Of a stretch of 34,455 nucleotides of DNA, positions 17,985 to 26,534 are shown piece after piece; the first letter of the stretch is position 1, and every line of letters begins with the position of its first letter. Both the position numbers and the translations under genes were made by a program. Origin of the DNA: an uncultured Hydromonas sp. GTDB lineage: Bacteria > Pseudomonadota > Gammaproteobacteria > Burkholderiales > Burkholderiaceae. The stretch lies in contig CAZCYS010000002.1 in assembly GCA_964502825.1 (NCBI GenBank), forward strand, positions 2,968-37,422, given 5' to 3'. The notes under the pieces are model-generated. The model did not search any database. It was not told the DNA's origin and saw only the letters and a program-made list of their open reading frames with translations.

Positions 17985-18095
17985 CCGTTCCTCCTTTGAA
18001 AGGATATGCAGATGAAAAATATAATCGGCTTTTATGACCCAACCATGACAGATGACATCTGTGTCATATGATTTCGTTAAACTCAATCCGCGCGG

Positions 18096-18965
18096 TTACC
18101 CCGCATACGCAATTAAACCAATCGCCCCCAACGCCAGCGCGATACCGATTTTTTGTAGCGCATTGGTGCGCTCTTTGAGCAACCCAATCGCCAGCGCGAT
18201 GGTGAACAGCGGGTACAGCGACACCAACACGCTGATGATCGAGACAAACGCACCCCGAAACGCATAATACATCGCCACATTCGCCACCACATCCAGCACA
18301 CCGACCGCAGCAGCATAGCGCAGCAGCGATGCGTCATGCGACATACGGACGTGACCGAAACGCAGAGCGATCAACAGTGTCACCACCGACGCCGTGGCTT
18401 TGCCCGCAAACATCGGCCATAGTCCGGCTCGGTTTTCACCGATTTGATGAATCAGAATAAAGCTCAAGGCAAACGCAACACCCGTGCCAACAGTAAACAG
18501 CAAAACGCGCCGATTCAAGCGTTTCGGCTGCTCGCTAGCCAACAGGTGCGGCGCAGAATGTTTCCCCTCCTGACTGATCAGCACAATCGCCACCACCGCG
18601 AAGGCAATGCCCGCCAGCACACCGACACTTAACTGCTCACCCGTCATCAAACCAAACAACACCGGAATCAACGCAGCCAGCACCGAGGTGATCGGCGAAA
18701 CCACGCTCATCGTTCCCTCAGCCAGCGCGGTGAAAAACCACCAACCCGCCAATGCCGAAGTGAGACCGGAGGCCGCGCCAAAGGCAATCGCGCGCGTATC
18801 CCAATCACCGCCGATCAGCCACGACAACAGCAGCAAAACCACGGCTGAGACTGGAAATGCCCACAAAACCACTTGCAGCGCCGGATGTCGGCGCGCGGCC
18901 AAACCACCCACAAAATCACTCACCCCATAAGCGGCCGCAGAAACCAAAGCCAAAATCAAATTCAT
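18096..18965 (-). CDS. DMT-superfamily (EamA-like) transporter, 289 aa
   Basis: About ten hydrophobic segments in two EamA-like halves (MNLILALVSAAAYGVSDFVGGLAARR..., ...VSLYPLFTIALAIGLLKERT). This is typical of drug/metabolite exporters. Confidence 0.8.
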   Translation of the reverse strand: MNLILALVSAAAYGVSDFVGGLAARRHPALQVVLWAFPVSAVVLLLLSWLIGGDWDTRAIAFGAASGLTSALAGWWFFTALAEGTMSVVSPITSVLAALIPVLFGLMTGEQLSVGVLAGIAFAVVAIVLISQEGKHSAPHLLASEQPKRLNRRVLLFTVGTGVAFALSFILIHQIGENRAGLWPMFAGKATASVVTLLIALRFGHVRMSHDASLLRYAAAVGVLDVVANVAMYYAFRGAFVSIISVLVSLYPLFTIALAIGLLKERTNALQKIGIALALGAIGLIAYAG

Positions 18966-19090
18966 ACCGATTCTTTCAAATATTCGCCCATTGAGTATCG
19001 ATTAAGTATCAATTAAGCGTCAAAACAGTGGGGGCAAACATAGCATAGATTCATCCGAATCACCTTGGAATTTCACTATAAAATGCAGTC

Positions 19091-19118
19091 TTGACTGAAC
19101 ACATCTGATCTCTATACG
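19091..19118 (+). promoter_or_regulatory. Candidate dinB promoter (TTGACT-16 nt-TATACG) ending 4 nt before the ATG
   Basis: TTGACT at 19091-19096 and TATACG at 19113-19118, with the ATG at 19123. There is no SD between them. Confidence 0.25.
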
Positions 19119-19122
19119 CTTT

Positions 19123-20196
19123 ATGCCCGCCACGCCCACCGTTCGCAAAATCATCCACTTTGACGCCGACTGCTTTTACGCCGCCGTGGAAATGCGCGAC
19201 GATCCGTCACTGCGCGGCAAACCGATCGCCGTCGGCGGAACCACGGCGCAACGCGGCGTGATTGCGACCTGCAACTACGAAGCGCGCGCATTCGGTGTGC
19301 GTTCGGCACTGCCGACCCGCCGCGCGCTGGAGTTGTGTCCGCAGTTGATTTTGCTCAAGCCGGACTTTCCACGCTACCGCGCGGCATCGCAGGCGATTTT
19401 CCGCATTTACCGCGATTATTCCGAGCTAATCGAGCCGCTATCGCTGGATGAGGCGTATGTGGATGTGAGCACTTGCTCTGCGCATCGCGGCAGCGCGACG
19501 CTGATCGCTCGTGCGATTCGTGCGCGGGTACACGAGGAAGTCGGCTTGACGGTTTCAGCCGGTGTCGCGCCGAATAAATTTTTGGCCAAAATCGCCAGTG
19601 ACTGGCACAAACCGGATGGATTATTCGTCATCCGACCGCAGGATGTAGATGCATTTGTACGCGAATTGCCGGTAGAAAAACTATTCGGCGTCGGTCCGCG
19701 CACGGCGGAGAAAATGCACCGACTCAAATTATTCACCTGCGCCGATGTGCGCGAGCGCGATTTACCGTTTCTGATCGCGCAGTTTGGTAAACTCGGCTCG
19801 TCTTTGTATCAGGCGGCACGCGGCATCGACTCACGTGCTGTGCACCCACAGCGCCTGCGAAAATCAATCAGCGTCGAAACCACATTTGCGCATGATTTGC
19901 ATGGCTTTGCGGATGCGACCACCCCCTTAGGCGAGTTGCACGCCGATTTATTGACGCGAATTGAGCGCCATCGCGCTGAAGCCTTGGTGCAAAAAACCTT
20001 TGTCAAGCTGCGCATGGCGAATTTTAAAATCCATACGCTGGAGATGAACAGCAACGATCTGTCACGCCCGCATTTTGAACAACTGCTCGCCAGCCTGTGC
20101 CAAAAACACGTCGGCGCGATTCGCCTGCTCGGTGTGGGCGTGCGCCTGCGCGAGCCGGATGGCGCGACGCAGTTGGATTTACTGAGTACATCGTGA
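19123..20196 (+). CDS. dinB: DNA polymerase IV (Y-family translesion polymerase), 357 aa
   Basis: KIIHFDADCFYAAVEMRDDPSLRGKPIAVGG, EPLSLDEAYVDV and SAGVAPNKFLAKIASD are collinear with E. coli DinB. Confidence 0.95.
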   Translation: MPATPTVRKIIHFDADCFYAAVEMRDDPSLRGKPIAVGGTTAQRGVIATCNYEARAFGVRSALPTRRALELCPQLILLKPDFPRYRAASQAIFRIYRDYSELIEPLSLDEAYVDVSTCSAHRGSATLIARAIRARVHEEVGLTVSAGVAPNKFLAKIASDWHKPDGLFVIRPQDVDAFVRELPVEKLFGVGPRTAEKMHRLKLFTCADVRERDLPFLIAQFGKLGSSLYQAARGIDSRAVHPQRLRKSISVETTFAHDLHGFADATTPLGELHADLLTRIERHRAEALVQKTFVKLRMANFKIHTLEMNSNDLSRPHFEQLLASLCQKHVGAIRLLGVGVRLREPDGATQLDLLSTS

Positions 20197-20276
20197 TCGT
20201 TAGCGCACACAATCAACGCACCCGAGCATCGACAAACCGACCTGCCGTTTTTAACCATTTTTGAACCAGGGCTTTA

Positions 20277-20285
20277 TGTTAGAAT
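20277..20285 (+). promoter_or_regulatory. Candidate extended -10 promoter (TGtTAGAAT) for the yqjD-like operon
   Basis: atGTtTAGAAT read directly: TG at 20277-20278 and TAGAAT at 20280-20285. No good -35 is present, which is consistent with extended -10 promoters. It implies a leader of about 128 nt. Confidence 0.3.
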
Positions 20286-20419
20286 GAATTTAGACCTTTG
20301 AATTGACAGAGATTTTTCAATAATCAAAGGCACTTAAAGTACCATCTAAAGCGCCGCTTTAAGTTGCATTGCGTAGTCCTTCCCATGTGTGTCATAACCA
20401 CCTCAGAAAGGAGTTCATC

Positions 20420-20749
20420 ATGCCTGCTACACTCAAATCAGAACACGACCTCGTGCAAGAAAAAGAACGCTTGATCGCGGACATTCAACAATTATTGACC
20501 GATGCCCAAGGCATACTCACCGATGCGAGCGAGCACGCGGACGATCATGTGAGTCGATTGCGCGCGAAACTATCCGACAATGTGGACAAGGTCAAAGACT
20601 CATTGCATTCGGCCAAAAAACACACCCGCAAAAAGGCACGCGAAGCCGCCGATGCGACCGATGAGTACGTACACGACAATCCGTGGCAATCGGTTGGTGT
20701 CGCTGCAGCAGTCGGCTTTTTGCTCGGCTTGCTGGTATCCCGCCGCTAA
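20420..20749 (+). CDS. yqjD: ElaB/YqjD/YgaM-family (DUF883) C-tail-anchored membrane protein, 109 aa from the preferred start
   Basis: The C-terminus TDEYVHDNPWQSVGVAAAVGFLLGLLVSRR matches E. coli YqjD (ADEYVRENPWTGVGIGAAIGVVLGVLLSRR). The ORF-track start 20369 is a TTG. ATG 20420 follows GAAAGGAG by 7 nt. Confidence 0.85.
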   Translation: MPATLKSEHDLVQEKERLIADIQQLLTDAQGILTDASEHADDHVSRLRAKLSDNVDKVKDSLHSAKKHTRKKAREAADATDEYVHDNPWQSVGVAAAVGFLLGLLVSRR

Positions 20750-20845
20750 CATCGCGACGCTTAGATTATCCATGTCATCACGGCGCAAGCGTGGCTCTAC
20801 GCCACACTTACGCCTACGCCGTCATTGATCTCATAGGAGCAGCCC

Positions 20846-21307
20846 TTGGCACAAACCACAGAATCCGATCACAGCAAGCCGCACAACCCAACAGGCGGCG
20901 CATCCTCAGCGTTTGAATCCCTCACCTCGAAAGTGGGGGCTTTGTTGCTCAATCGCATGGAACTACTGTTGCTGGAGGCTGGCTCGGCCAAACACACGAT
21001 TTGGGCTGGCGTGGTTTTGAGTTTATTGGGTGTATTGTCGGTGTTCATGGCCGCGCTATTCACCCTGATATTGATTATTCTGGTGGTGCCGGAATCATGG
21101 CGCATCGGTCTACTCGGCGGTTTTTCGTTGTTTTTTATACTGTTCGCTTTGCTCGCATTTGGGTGGGTGCGTCGTGCGGTTCGCGCACCGTGGTTCGCCT
21201 CCAGCATGGGCGCGGTCAAAGAGGATTGGCAAACCTTAACCGAGCAAGTACCGCCGGTTCAAACCACTGAGCGTCGCCCATCGGTTCAGGAGAACGCCCA
21301 TGAATAA
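20846..21307 (+). CDS. yqjE: YqjE-like inner-membrane protein (Phage_holin_3_6/DUF1469-type fold), 153 aa
   Basis: Two-TM hairpin architecture, with LLLNRMELLLLEAGSAK resembling the YqjE segment MVEMVETRLRLAVVELEEEK. The position between yqjD and yqjK is the same as in E. coli. TTG start lies 5 nt after AGGAG. Confidence 0.65.
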   Translation: MAQTTESDHSKPHNPTGGASSAFESLTSKVGALLLNRMELLLLEAGSAKHTIWAGVVLSLLGVLSVFMAALFTLILIILVVPESWRIGLLGGFSLFFILFALLAFGWVRRAVRAPWFASSMGAVKEDWQTLTEQVPPVQTTERRPSVQENAHE

Positions 21308-21635
21308 AGCGGAATTGAATGCACGCAAAAAACGGCTGCTGTTGGAAGGCGAAGTTCTGCGCCTGCAACTGCTCAAAGACAAATTGCAGTTTCAGCACAA
21401 TCTGCGCGCCAGCCACGCGGATGGCGCACTCAATATTCGAGGTTTGCGCGGCATACGGCGCTTGTTCAACCAAGGTTGGCTCAATCAGCCGCAGATTTTG
21501 AACACGGCTTTGTTGCTGTTGACCCGTTGGTTACCTGCCAAGCGCAACAGCCTGCTCACACGACTGCTCGTGCCACTGCTGCGCGGCCTCATCGTATTAA
21601 ATGCGTTGAGAAAATCTAACCGCCCGCGCTCGTAA
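21300..21635 (+). CDS. yqjK: YqjK-like protein, 111 aa
   Basis: The N-terminus MNKAELNARKKRLLLEGEVLRLQL resembles YqjK (ERERRKAQLLSQIQQQRLDL). It overlaps yqjE by 8 nt and is third in the yqjDEK order. Confidence 0.6.
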   Translation: MNKAELNARKKRLLLEGEVLRLQLLKDKLQFQHNLRASHADGALNIRGLRGIRRLFNQGWLNQPQILNTALLLLTRWLPAKRNSLLTRLLVPLLRGLIVLNALRKSNRPRS

Positions 21636-21673
21636 CTTCAGCTCAAACCACACACAGCGCACTACCGATGAAT

Positions 21674-22642
21674 TTATGACGCTGCGCGCACGGTCGCCTT
21701 CGATGCGAGCGCGTCGCCGTGGATGCCCGCATAGCTCGGCGCATCCGCCTCATCCGCAAACGTCACGTATTCATAGTTCGCTTCGTCGGCCAACACCGCG
21801 CGAATCAGTACATTATTCAACGCATGGCCGGATTTGTACGCCGTATATGCACCCAAAATCGGCGCGCCAATCACATACAGATCGCCAATCGCGTCAAGGA
21901 TTTTGTGTTTGACGAATTCGTCGGTATAGCGCAGCCCTTCGGGGTTGAGGATTTTGTATTCGTCCAGCACAATCGCGTTGGCCAAATTACCGCCTTGCGC
22001 CAGTCCCAAGCCACGTAAAGCTTCCACATCCTGAATAAAGCCAAAAGTGCGCGCACGGGAAATCTGCCGCACATACGCATCACCGGTGAAATCGATCTCG
22101 CAGTGCGTGCCGGTATCGTCAATCGCCGGATGGTGAAACTCGATATCGAACAAGGCTTTAAACCCAAAATACGGATCAAGGCGTGCGCGCTTGTCACCCT
22201 CGGTCACTTCCACCGATTGCTTGATGCGGATGAAGCGGCGCAATTCGTTCTGCGCGACCAAACCGACGCTACTGATCAAATAGACAAAGCTCGTGGCGCT
22301 GCCATCCATAATCGGAATCTCCGGCGCATTGACCTCAATGATGATGTTGTCCACGCCCAGACCGGCGAGCGCCGACATCAAATGTTCAATGGTCAACACG
22401 CGCGCCGCAGGGTTCGCCGGATGCGCCAAGGTCGTCGCCATACGCGTGTCGATCACGTGTTCGGGCAGACAGGTAATATCAAGGTTGGCATCCACATCGG
22501 TACGGCGAAACACCACGCCGGTATTGACCGGTGCGGGCTTGAGGGTCAGTTTAACCTTGCGCCCTGAATGCAGGCCGATGCCCGTGGTTTCAATTTCCTG
22601 CGCAATGGTTTTTTGTACGATGGAATGAGCGGTTGTTCCCAT
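21674..22642 (-). CDS. lpxC: UDP-3-O-acyl-N-acetylglucosamine deacetylase, 322 aa
   Basis: [55 protein letters not shown] and [11 protein letters not shown] are collinear with LpxC. GGAG lies 6 nt upstream of the ATG. Confidence 0.95.
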   Translation of the reverse strand: MGTTAHSIVQKTIAQEIETTGIGLHSGRKVKLTLKPAPVNTGVVFRRTDVDANLDITCLPEHVIDTRMATTLAHPANPAARVLTIEHLMSALAGLGVDNIIIEVNAPEIPIMDGSATSFVYLISSVGLVAQNELRRFIRIKQSVEVTEGDKRARLDPYFGFKALFDIEFHHPAIDDTGTHCEIDFTGDAYVRQISRARTFGFIQDVEALRGLGLAQGGNLANAIVLDEYKILNPEGLRYTDEFVKHKILDAIGDLYVIGAPILGAYTAYKSGHALNNVLIRAVLADEANYEYVTFADEADAPSYAGIHGDALASKATVRAAS

Positions 22643-22765
22643 GGCGGCTCCAAAAATTTCTTTGTCAATTAAGGAAATGCGGAATAACCCCTACCGTCTG
22701 CGCTGGAGATTGGTTTGGGTTGTTCCATGCTTCCTTAAATATCAATCACACTGTAATGATACCGT

Positions 22766-22798
22766 AAAAAAACAAACCCCATCACGATGGTGATGGGG
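22766..22798 (-). terminator. Rho-independent terminator about 250 nt downstream of ftsZ and upstream of lpxC
   Basis: Read on the minus strand: ccccatcac-catc-gtgatgggg followed by TTTGTTTTTTT. Confidence 0.7.
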
Positions 22799-23012
22799 AA
22801 AGAACTACTCAATCAATAGTTATTATCGGAAATCGAAACAGCGAATCAAGCGCTCAGACGACAGCAGAATAGGGTTACTCGCAACAGCACTCACCGACAC
22901 GACGGCATCGGTAAGGCGATGGTGAAGGGGACACCACAACCATACCGACGCGACGATCCGGTGCGCGCCGCAGCTAACGGCTGAAACTGCTGAACGAGCT
23001 TGACTTCATAGT

Positions 23013-23039
23013 GCGAACTCGTCGTTCACCTGAGTTCGC
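23013..23039 (-). other. 8-bp stem-loop immediately 3' of the ftsZ stop codon
   Basis: gcgaactc-(11 nt)-gagttcgc, 12 nt from the stop. No T-run follows. Confidence 0.3.
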
Positions 23040-23050
23040 GTTAGTCCGCC

Positions 23051-24367
23051 TTAGTCTGCTTGGCGGCGCAAAAATGCAGGCACATCCAAGTCCTCAAAGA
23101 ACGCATCGCCGTTCACCGCACGTTGTTGTGTGGCTTGTGGTTCGCGTTGACGCGCCCAAGTCGGCACGTCCAACTCGTTGTAGTCGCCAAAGGTTGGAAT
23201 GCTCGTGCGACGTGGTGCGGGTTCAGCCACGTTTTGTACGCTCGGCTGTACCCAGTCATTCACCGCAGATGGGGTCACTGCCGCATGGGCATTTGCATAG
23301 GCCGCAGACTGGATGGATGCGAGGTCTTCTACCGGTGCTTGAAAGGCAGGCGCCGCCGCAGCCGGTGCGCTGTGCAACACGCGTGTGCCGACATTATCGG
23401 TTTCTACCGCGCGCGCGCCGCCCAAACCGGTTGCCACCACGGTCACACGCAGTTTGTCGCCCAAGCTGTCGTCGTACACGAAACCGTAAATCACAGTCGC
23501 GTCATCAGAGGCGCTTTCACGGATGATGCTCACCACTTGGCGGGTTTCACGCGCTTTCAAGGTGTCGTGTGATGCGGAGATATTGATCAAAATACCGCGC
23601 GCACCGGCCAAATTCACGCCATCGAGCAACGGGCTGGCAACGGCTTCTTCCGCTGCAATGCGCGCACGATCCGCACCGGAGGCGGTCGCTGTACCCATCA
23701 TCGCGCGGCCTTGTTCGCCCATCACGGTTTTCACGTCGTTAAAGTCGACGTTGATGTGACCATCGACGTTGATGATTTCGGCAATACCGGCTACGGCGTT
23801 GTTCAACACGTCGTCGGCAGCTTCAAATGCTTCTTCCATGCTGATGTCGTCGCCCAAAATTTGTTCGAGTTTTTCGTTCAAAATGATGATGAGCGAGTCC
23901 ACTTGCTGTTCCAATTGACGCAAGCCTTCTTCGGCCACGCGCATACGGCGAGGGCCTTCGTATTCAAATGGTTTAGACACAACCGCAACGGTCAAAATAC
24001 CCAATTCTTTCGCCACTTCCGCGATCACCGGCGCCGCACCTGTGCCCGTGCCACCGCCCATACCGGCGGTGATAAACACCATATTCGCATCGCGCAGCAT
24101 ATCGGCAATGCGTTCGCGGTTTTCTTCCGCCGCCGCACGACCGACTTCCGGTTTTGCGCCCGCGCCCAAACCGGACTCGCCCAGCTGCAATTTATTCAAC
24201 GTCGAAGAGTGACGCAATGCTTGCGCATCGGTATTGGCGACGATGAATTCCACCCCCTGTACGCCTTTGGTGATCATGTGTTGGATGGCATTGCCGCCTG
24301 CGCCACCAACGCCAACCACTTTAATGACTGTTCCTTCTGGCGCTTCATTTAACATTTCAAAGCTCAT
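23051..24367 (-). CDS. ftsZ: Cell division GTPase FtsZ, 438 aa
   Basis: VIKVVGVGGAGGNA, the tubulin signature GGGTGTGAAP, a long Ala/Pro-rich linker, and the C-terminal conserved peptide DLDVPAFLRRQAD. Confidence 0.98.
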   Translation of the reverse strand: MSFEMLNEAPEGTVIKVVGVGGAGGNAIQHMITKGVQGVEFIVANTDAQALRHSSTLNKLQLGESGLGAGAKPEVGRAAAEENRERIADMLRDANMVFITAGMGGGTGTGAAPVIAEVAKELGILTVAVVSKPFEYEGPRRMRVAEEGLRQLEQQVDSLIIILNEKLEQILGDDISMEEAFEAADDVLNNAVAGIAEIINVDGHINVDFNDVKTVMGEQGRAMMGTATASGADRARIAAEEAVASPLLDGVNLAGARGILINISASHDTLKARETRQVVSIIRESASDDATVIYGFVYDDSLGDKLRVTVVATGLGGARAVETDNVGTRVLHSAPAAAAPAFQAPVEDLASIQSAAYANAHAAVTPSAVNDWVQPSVQNVAEPAPRRTSIPTFGDYNELDVPTWARQREPQATQQRAVNGDAFFEDLDVPAFLRRQAD

Positions 24368-24450
24368 GGTTTTCCCCTTTAAAGTGTTCCGTTACCGGAA
24401 CGTGATACACAATTAAAACTACTTAAAACTAAACCCATCGCAAGTGATCG

Positions 24451-25737
24451 TCAGAATGTTTTGACGAACCAATCGCGCATGACTTTCAAAATCGAACGCT
24501 TCGTACCATCGTTCGCTGATGATTTTTCCGCTGCTTTTTTGCGCGAAACGCCACCACCACGGTGATCGCTCAAACGTGCTTCGACTTCGCCACGCTTTTC
24601 ACGCGCCGACATCAGCAAACCCACTACCGTTGAGTAGCGCGGGTTGCATACGATATCGGCCAAATTGCCGTCGTACATTGGCTGGGCAATGCGCACCGGC
24701 TTCATAAATACTTCTTCGGCCAACTCGGTCACGCCCGGCAACAAGCTGGTACCACCGGTCAATACCACGCCCGAGGCGATCAGGTGTTCAAAGCCGGCTT
24801 CTTGCAAATTGCGTTGTACCAGTACGAATAACTCTTCCAAGCGCGGCTCAATCACAGCGGCCAACGATTGACGTTTCACACGACGCGCCACGCGATCGCC
24901 CACACCCGGAATCTCAACCACGCTCTCGGACGGCACCATGCCTTGCTTGGCCACGCCGTAGCGCAGTTTCAATTCCTCCGCTTCGGCGGTCGGCGTGCGC
25001 AGGGCCATCGCAATATCGTTGGTCACTTGATCGCCCGCAATCGGAATCACCGCCGTGTGGCGAATCGCGCCATCAACGAACACCGCGATGTCGGTCGTAC
25101 CGCCACCGATGTCCACCAATGCCACGCCGATGTCTTGCTCGTCTTGGGTCAAAGTCGCGGTGCTGGAGGCCAAAGGCTGCAAACGCAAGTCGGACACTTC
25201 CAAGCCACAGCGACGGATGCATTTAACGATGTTTTGCGCCGCAGACACCGAGCCGGTGATGATGTGTACTTTCACTTCCAAGCGCATGCCGGTCATGCCG
25301 ATCGGCGTGCGAATACCGTCTTGGTCATTGACTTTGTACTCTTGTGGCAAGACGTGCAAAATCTGTTGATCCGCCGGAATGCTGACCGCACGCGCGGTGT
25401 CGAGCACGCGCTCGATATCGTTTTGCGTGATTTCGGTGTCTTTCACCGCGACCATGCCGCTGGAGTTGAAGCTGTGAATATGGCTGCCCGCGATACCGGT
25501 GCACACGCTGCGCACGGTGAAGCCTGCGCGCAGTTCCGCTTCCTTAATCGCATACTGAATGGTTTGAATCGTTTCTTCGATATTCACCACCATGCCGCGC
25601 TTCATACCACGCGACGGGTGGTGGCCGATGCCGATGACATTGAATCCATTGTTCGGCAAAACTTCGGCAATCATGGCCACCACTTTTGATGTACCAATGT
25701 CCAACGCCACAATTAAATCTTTAGTCGGTTCGCTCAT
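24451..25737 (-). CDS. ftsA: Cell division protein FtsA, 428 aa
   Basis: Actin-like ATPase segments (LIVALDIGTSKV, VDIGGGTTDIAVF) and a C-terminal amphipathic helix (ILKVMRDWFVKTF). Confidence 0.97.
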   Translation of the reverse strand: MSEPTKDLIVALDIGTSKVVAMIAEVLPNNGFNVIGIGHHPSRGMKRGMVVNIEETIQTIQYAIKEAELRAGFTVRSVCTGIAGSHIHSFNSSGMVAVKDTEITQNDIERVLDTARAVSIPADQQILHVLPQEYKVNDQDGIRTPIGMTGMRLEVKVHIITGSVSAAQNIVKCIRRCGLEVSDLRLQPLASSTATLTQDEQDIGVALVDIGGGTTDIAVFVDGAIRHTAVIPIAGDQVTNDIAMALRTPTAEAEELKLRYGVAKQGMVPSESVVEIPGVGDRVARRVKRQSLAAVIEPRLEELFVLVQRNLQEAGFEHLIASGVVLTGGTSLLPGVTELAEEVFMKPVRIAQPMYDGNLADIVCNPRYSTVVGLLMSAREKRGEVEARLSDHRGGGVSRKKAAEKSSANDGTKRSILKVMRDWFVKTF

Positions 25738-26519
25738 AGTTTTCCACCTGTGTTAATCATCGTCTCTGTATTCACACGATGCAATTTTTCGGAACGCATC
25801 GCAAATCCGTTGGGGTAGCGCAGGTCAATGTAGCCGCCTGCCTCCCCGATGTTGTCTTTCACAAAATCACCCGATTTGATCAAGCGCTGTACCCGCTCTT
25901 CAATCGCCGTCGGCGTGTCCGCACGTCCCATTTCAATCACCAAGCCATTGCTCAATGTCACCTGCCAGCTATAACGTTGTGACAGGCTGACTTTTTTCAC
26001 TGTCCACCCCAAAGGCGCCAACCACTGCTGAAACAAAGGCAACTCTTGCGCCATCAAATTGGCCGCCTCGTCCGGCCCCTCAGTTTCCACCAGTTTGGCG
26101 CGCTGCGCCTCATCTACCTGTGCGTGGAACAACTGCCCCTCGGGGCTGAGATAGCGGTCTTTCCAAATCGCCAGCGGCTGATGCGCCGCAATACTGACCT
26201 CGATTTCATGCGGCCATACTCGGCGAATCGAGGTGCTTTTAACCCAAGAAATTTGTTGCAAGCTGTCCTGCACTTGGTACAAATTCATCGAGAAAAAACC
26301 ACCGGCCAAACCGTGATCCAAATTACTCTGAATCAGATCATGCGTTTGCTTTTGATCCAACTGCTGCACATCGCCGACAAAACGAAACTGATTGATCGAA
26401 AAGTACGGACGCTGCAACAGCCAGCCCACGCCTGCGACGAACAGCAAGGCACAGGCCGCCCACACCATCATGCGGGTGACTGCTTGCATCAAATCGAGAT
26501 CGTCCCAAAACGCTTGCAT
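25734..26519 (-). CDS. ftsQ: Cell division protein FtsQ, 261 aa
   Basis: A single N-terminal TM segment (MVWAACALLFVAGVGWLL) followed by a POTRA-like region. It lies between ddl and ftsA, with a 4-nt overlap with ftsA. Confidence 0.9.
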   Translation of the reverse strand: MQAFWDDLDLMQAVTRMMVWAACALLFVAGVGWLLQRPYFSINQFRFVGDVQQLDQKQTHDLIQSNLDHGLAGGFFSMNLYQVQDSLQQISWVKSTSIRRVWPHEIEVSIAAHQPLAIWKDRYLSPEGQLFHAQVDEAQRAKLVETEGPDEAANLMAQELPLFQQWLAPLGWTVKKVSLSQRYSWQVTLSNGLVIEMGRADTPTAIEERVQRLIKSGDFVKDNIGEAGGYIDLRYPNGFAMRSEKLHRVNTETMINTGGKL

Positions 26520-26534
26520 ACCAAACTACCTTGT

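Noticed and set aside
19074-19089. LexA-box-like 16-mer CACTATAAAATGCAGT upstream of dinB
   Set aside because: Neither half matches CTGT/ACAG and the sequence is not palindromic. It resembles an SOS box only in length and its AT-rich centre.
20846-21307. A holin-family fold (Phage_holin_3_6) as a hint of a prophage or lysis cassette
   Set aside because: The gene sits between yqjD and yqjK exactly as in the E. coli chromosomal yqjDEK operon. No endolysin, spanin, integrase or other phage genes are nearby.
22643-23050. Short ORFs on the minus strand of the ftsZ-lpxC spacer (MKSSSFSSFSR, and a roughly 22-codon MVVVSPSPSPYRC...)
   Set aside because: They have no SD and a low-complexity composition, and I have no conservation evidence available. 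The region is reported instead as a possible structured UTR or sRNA.
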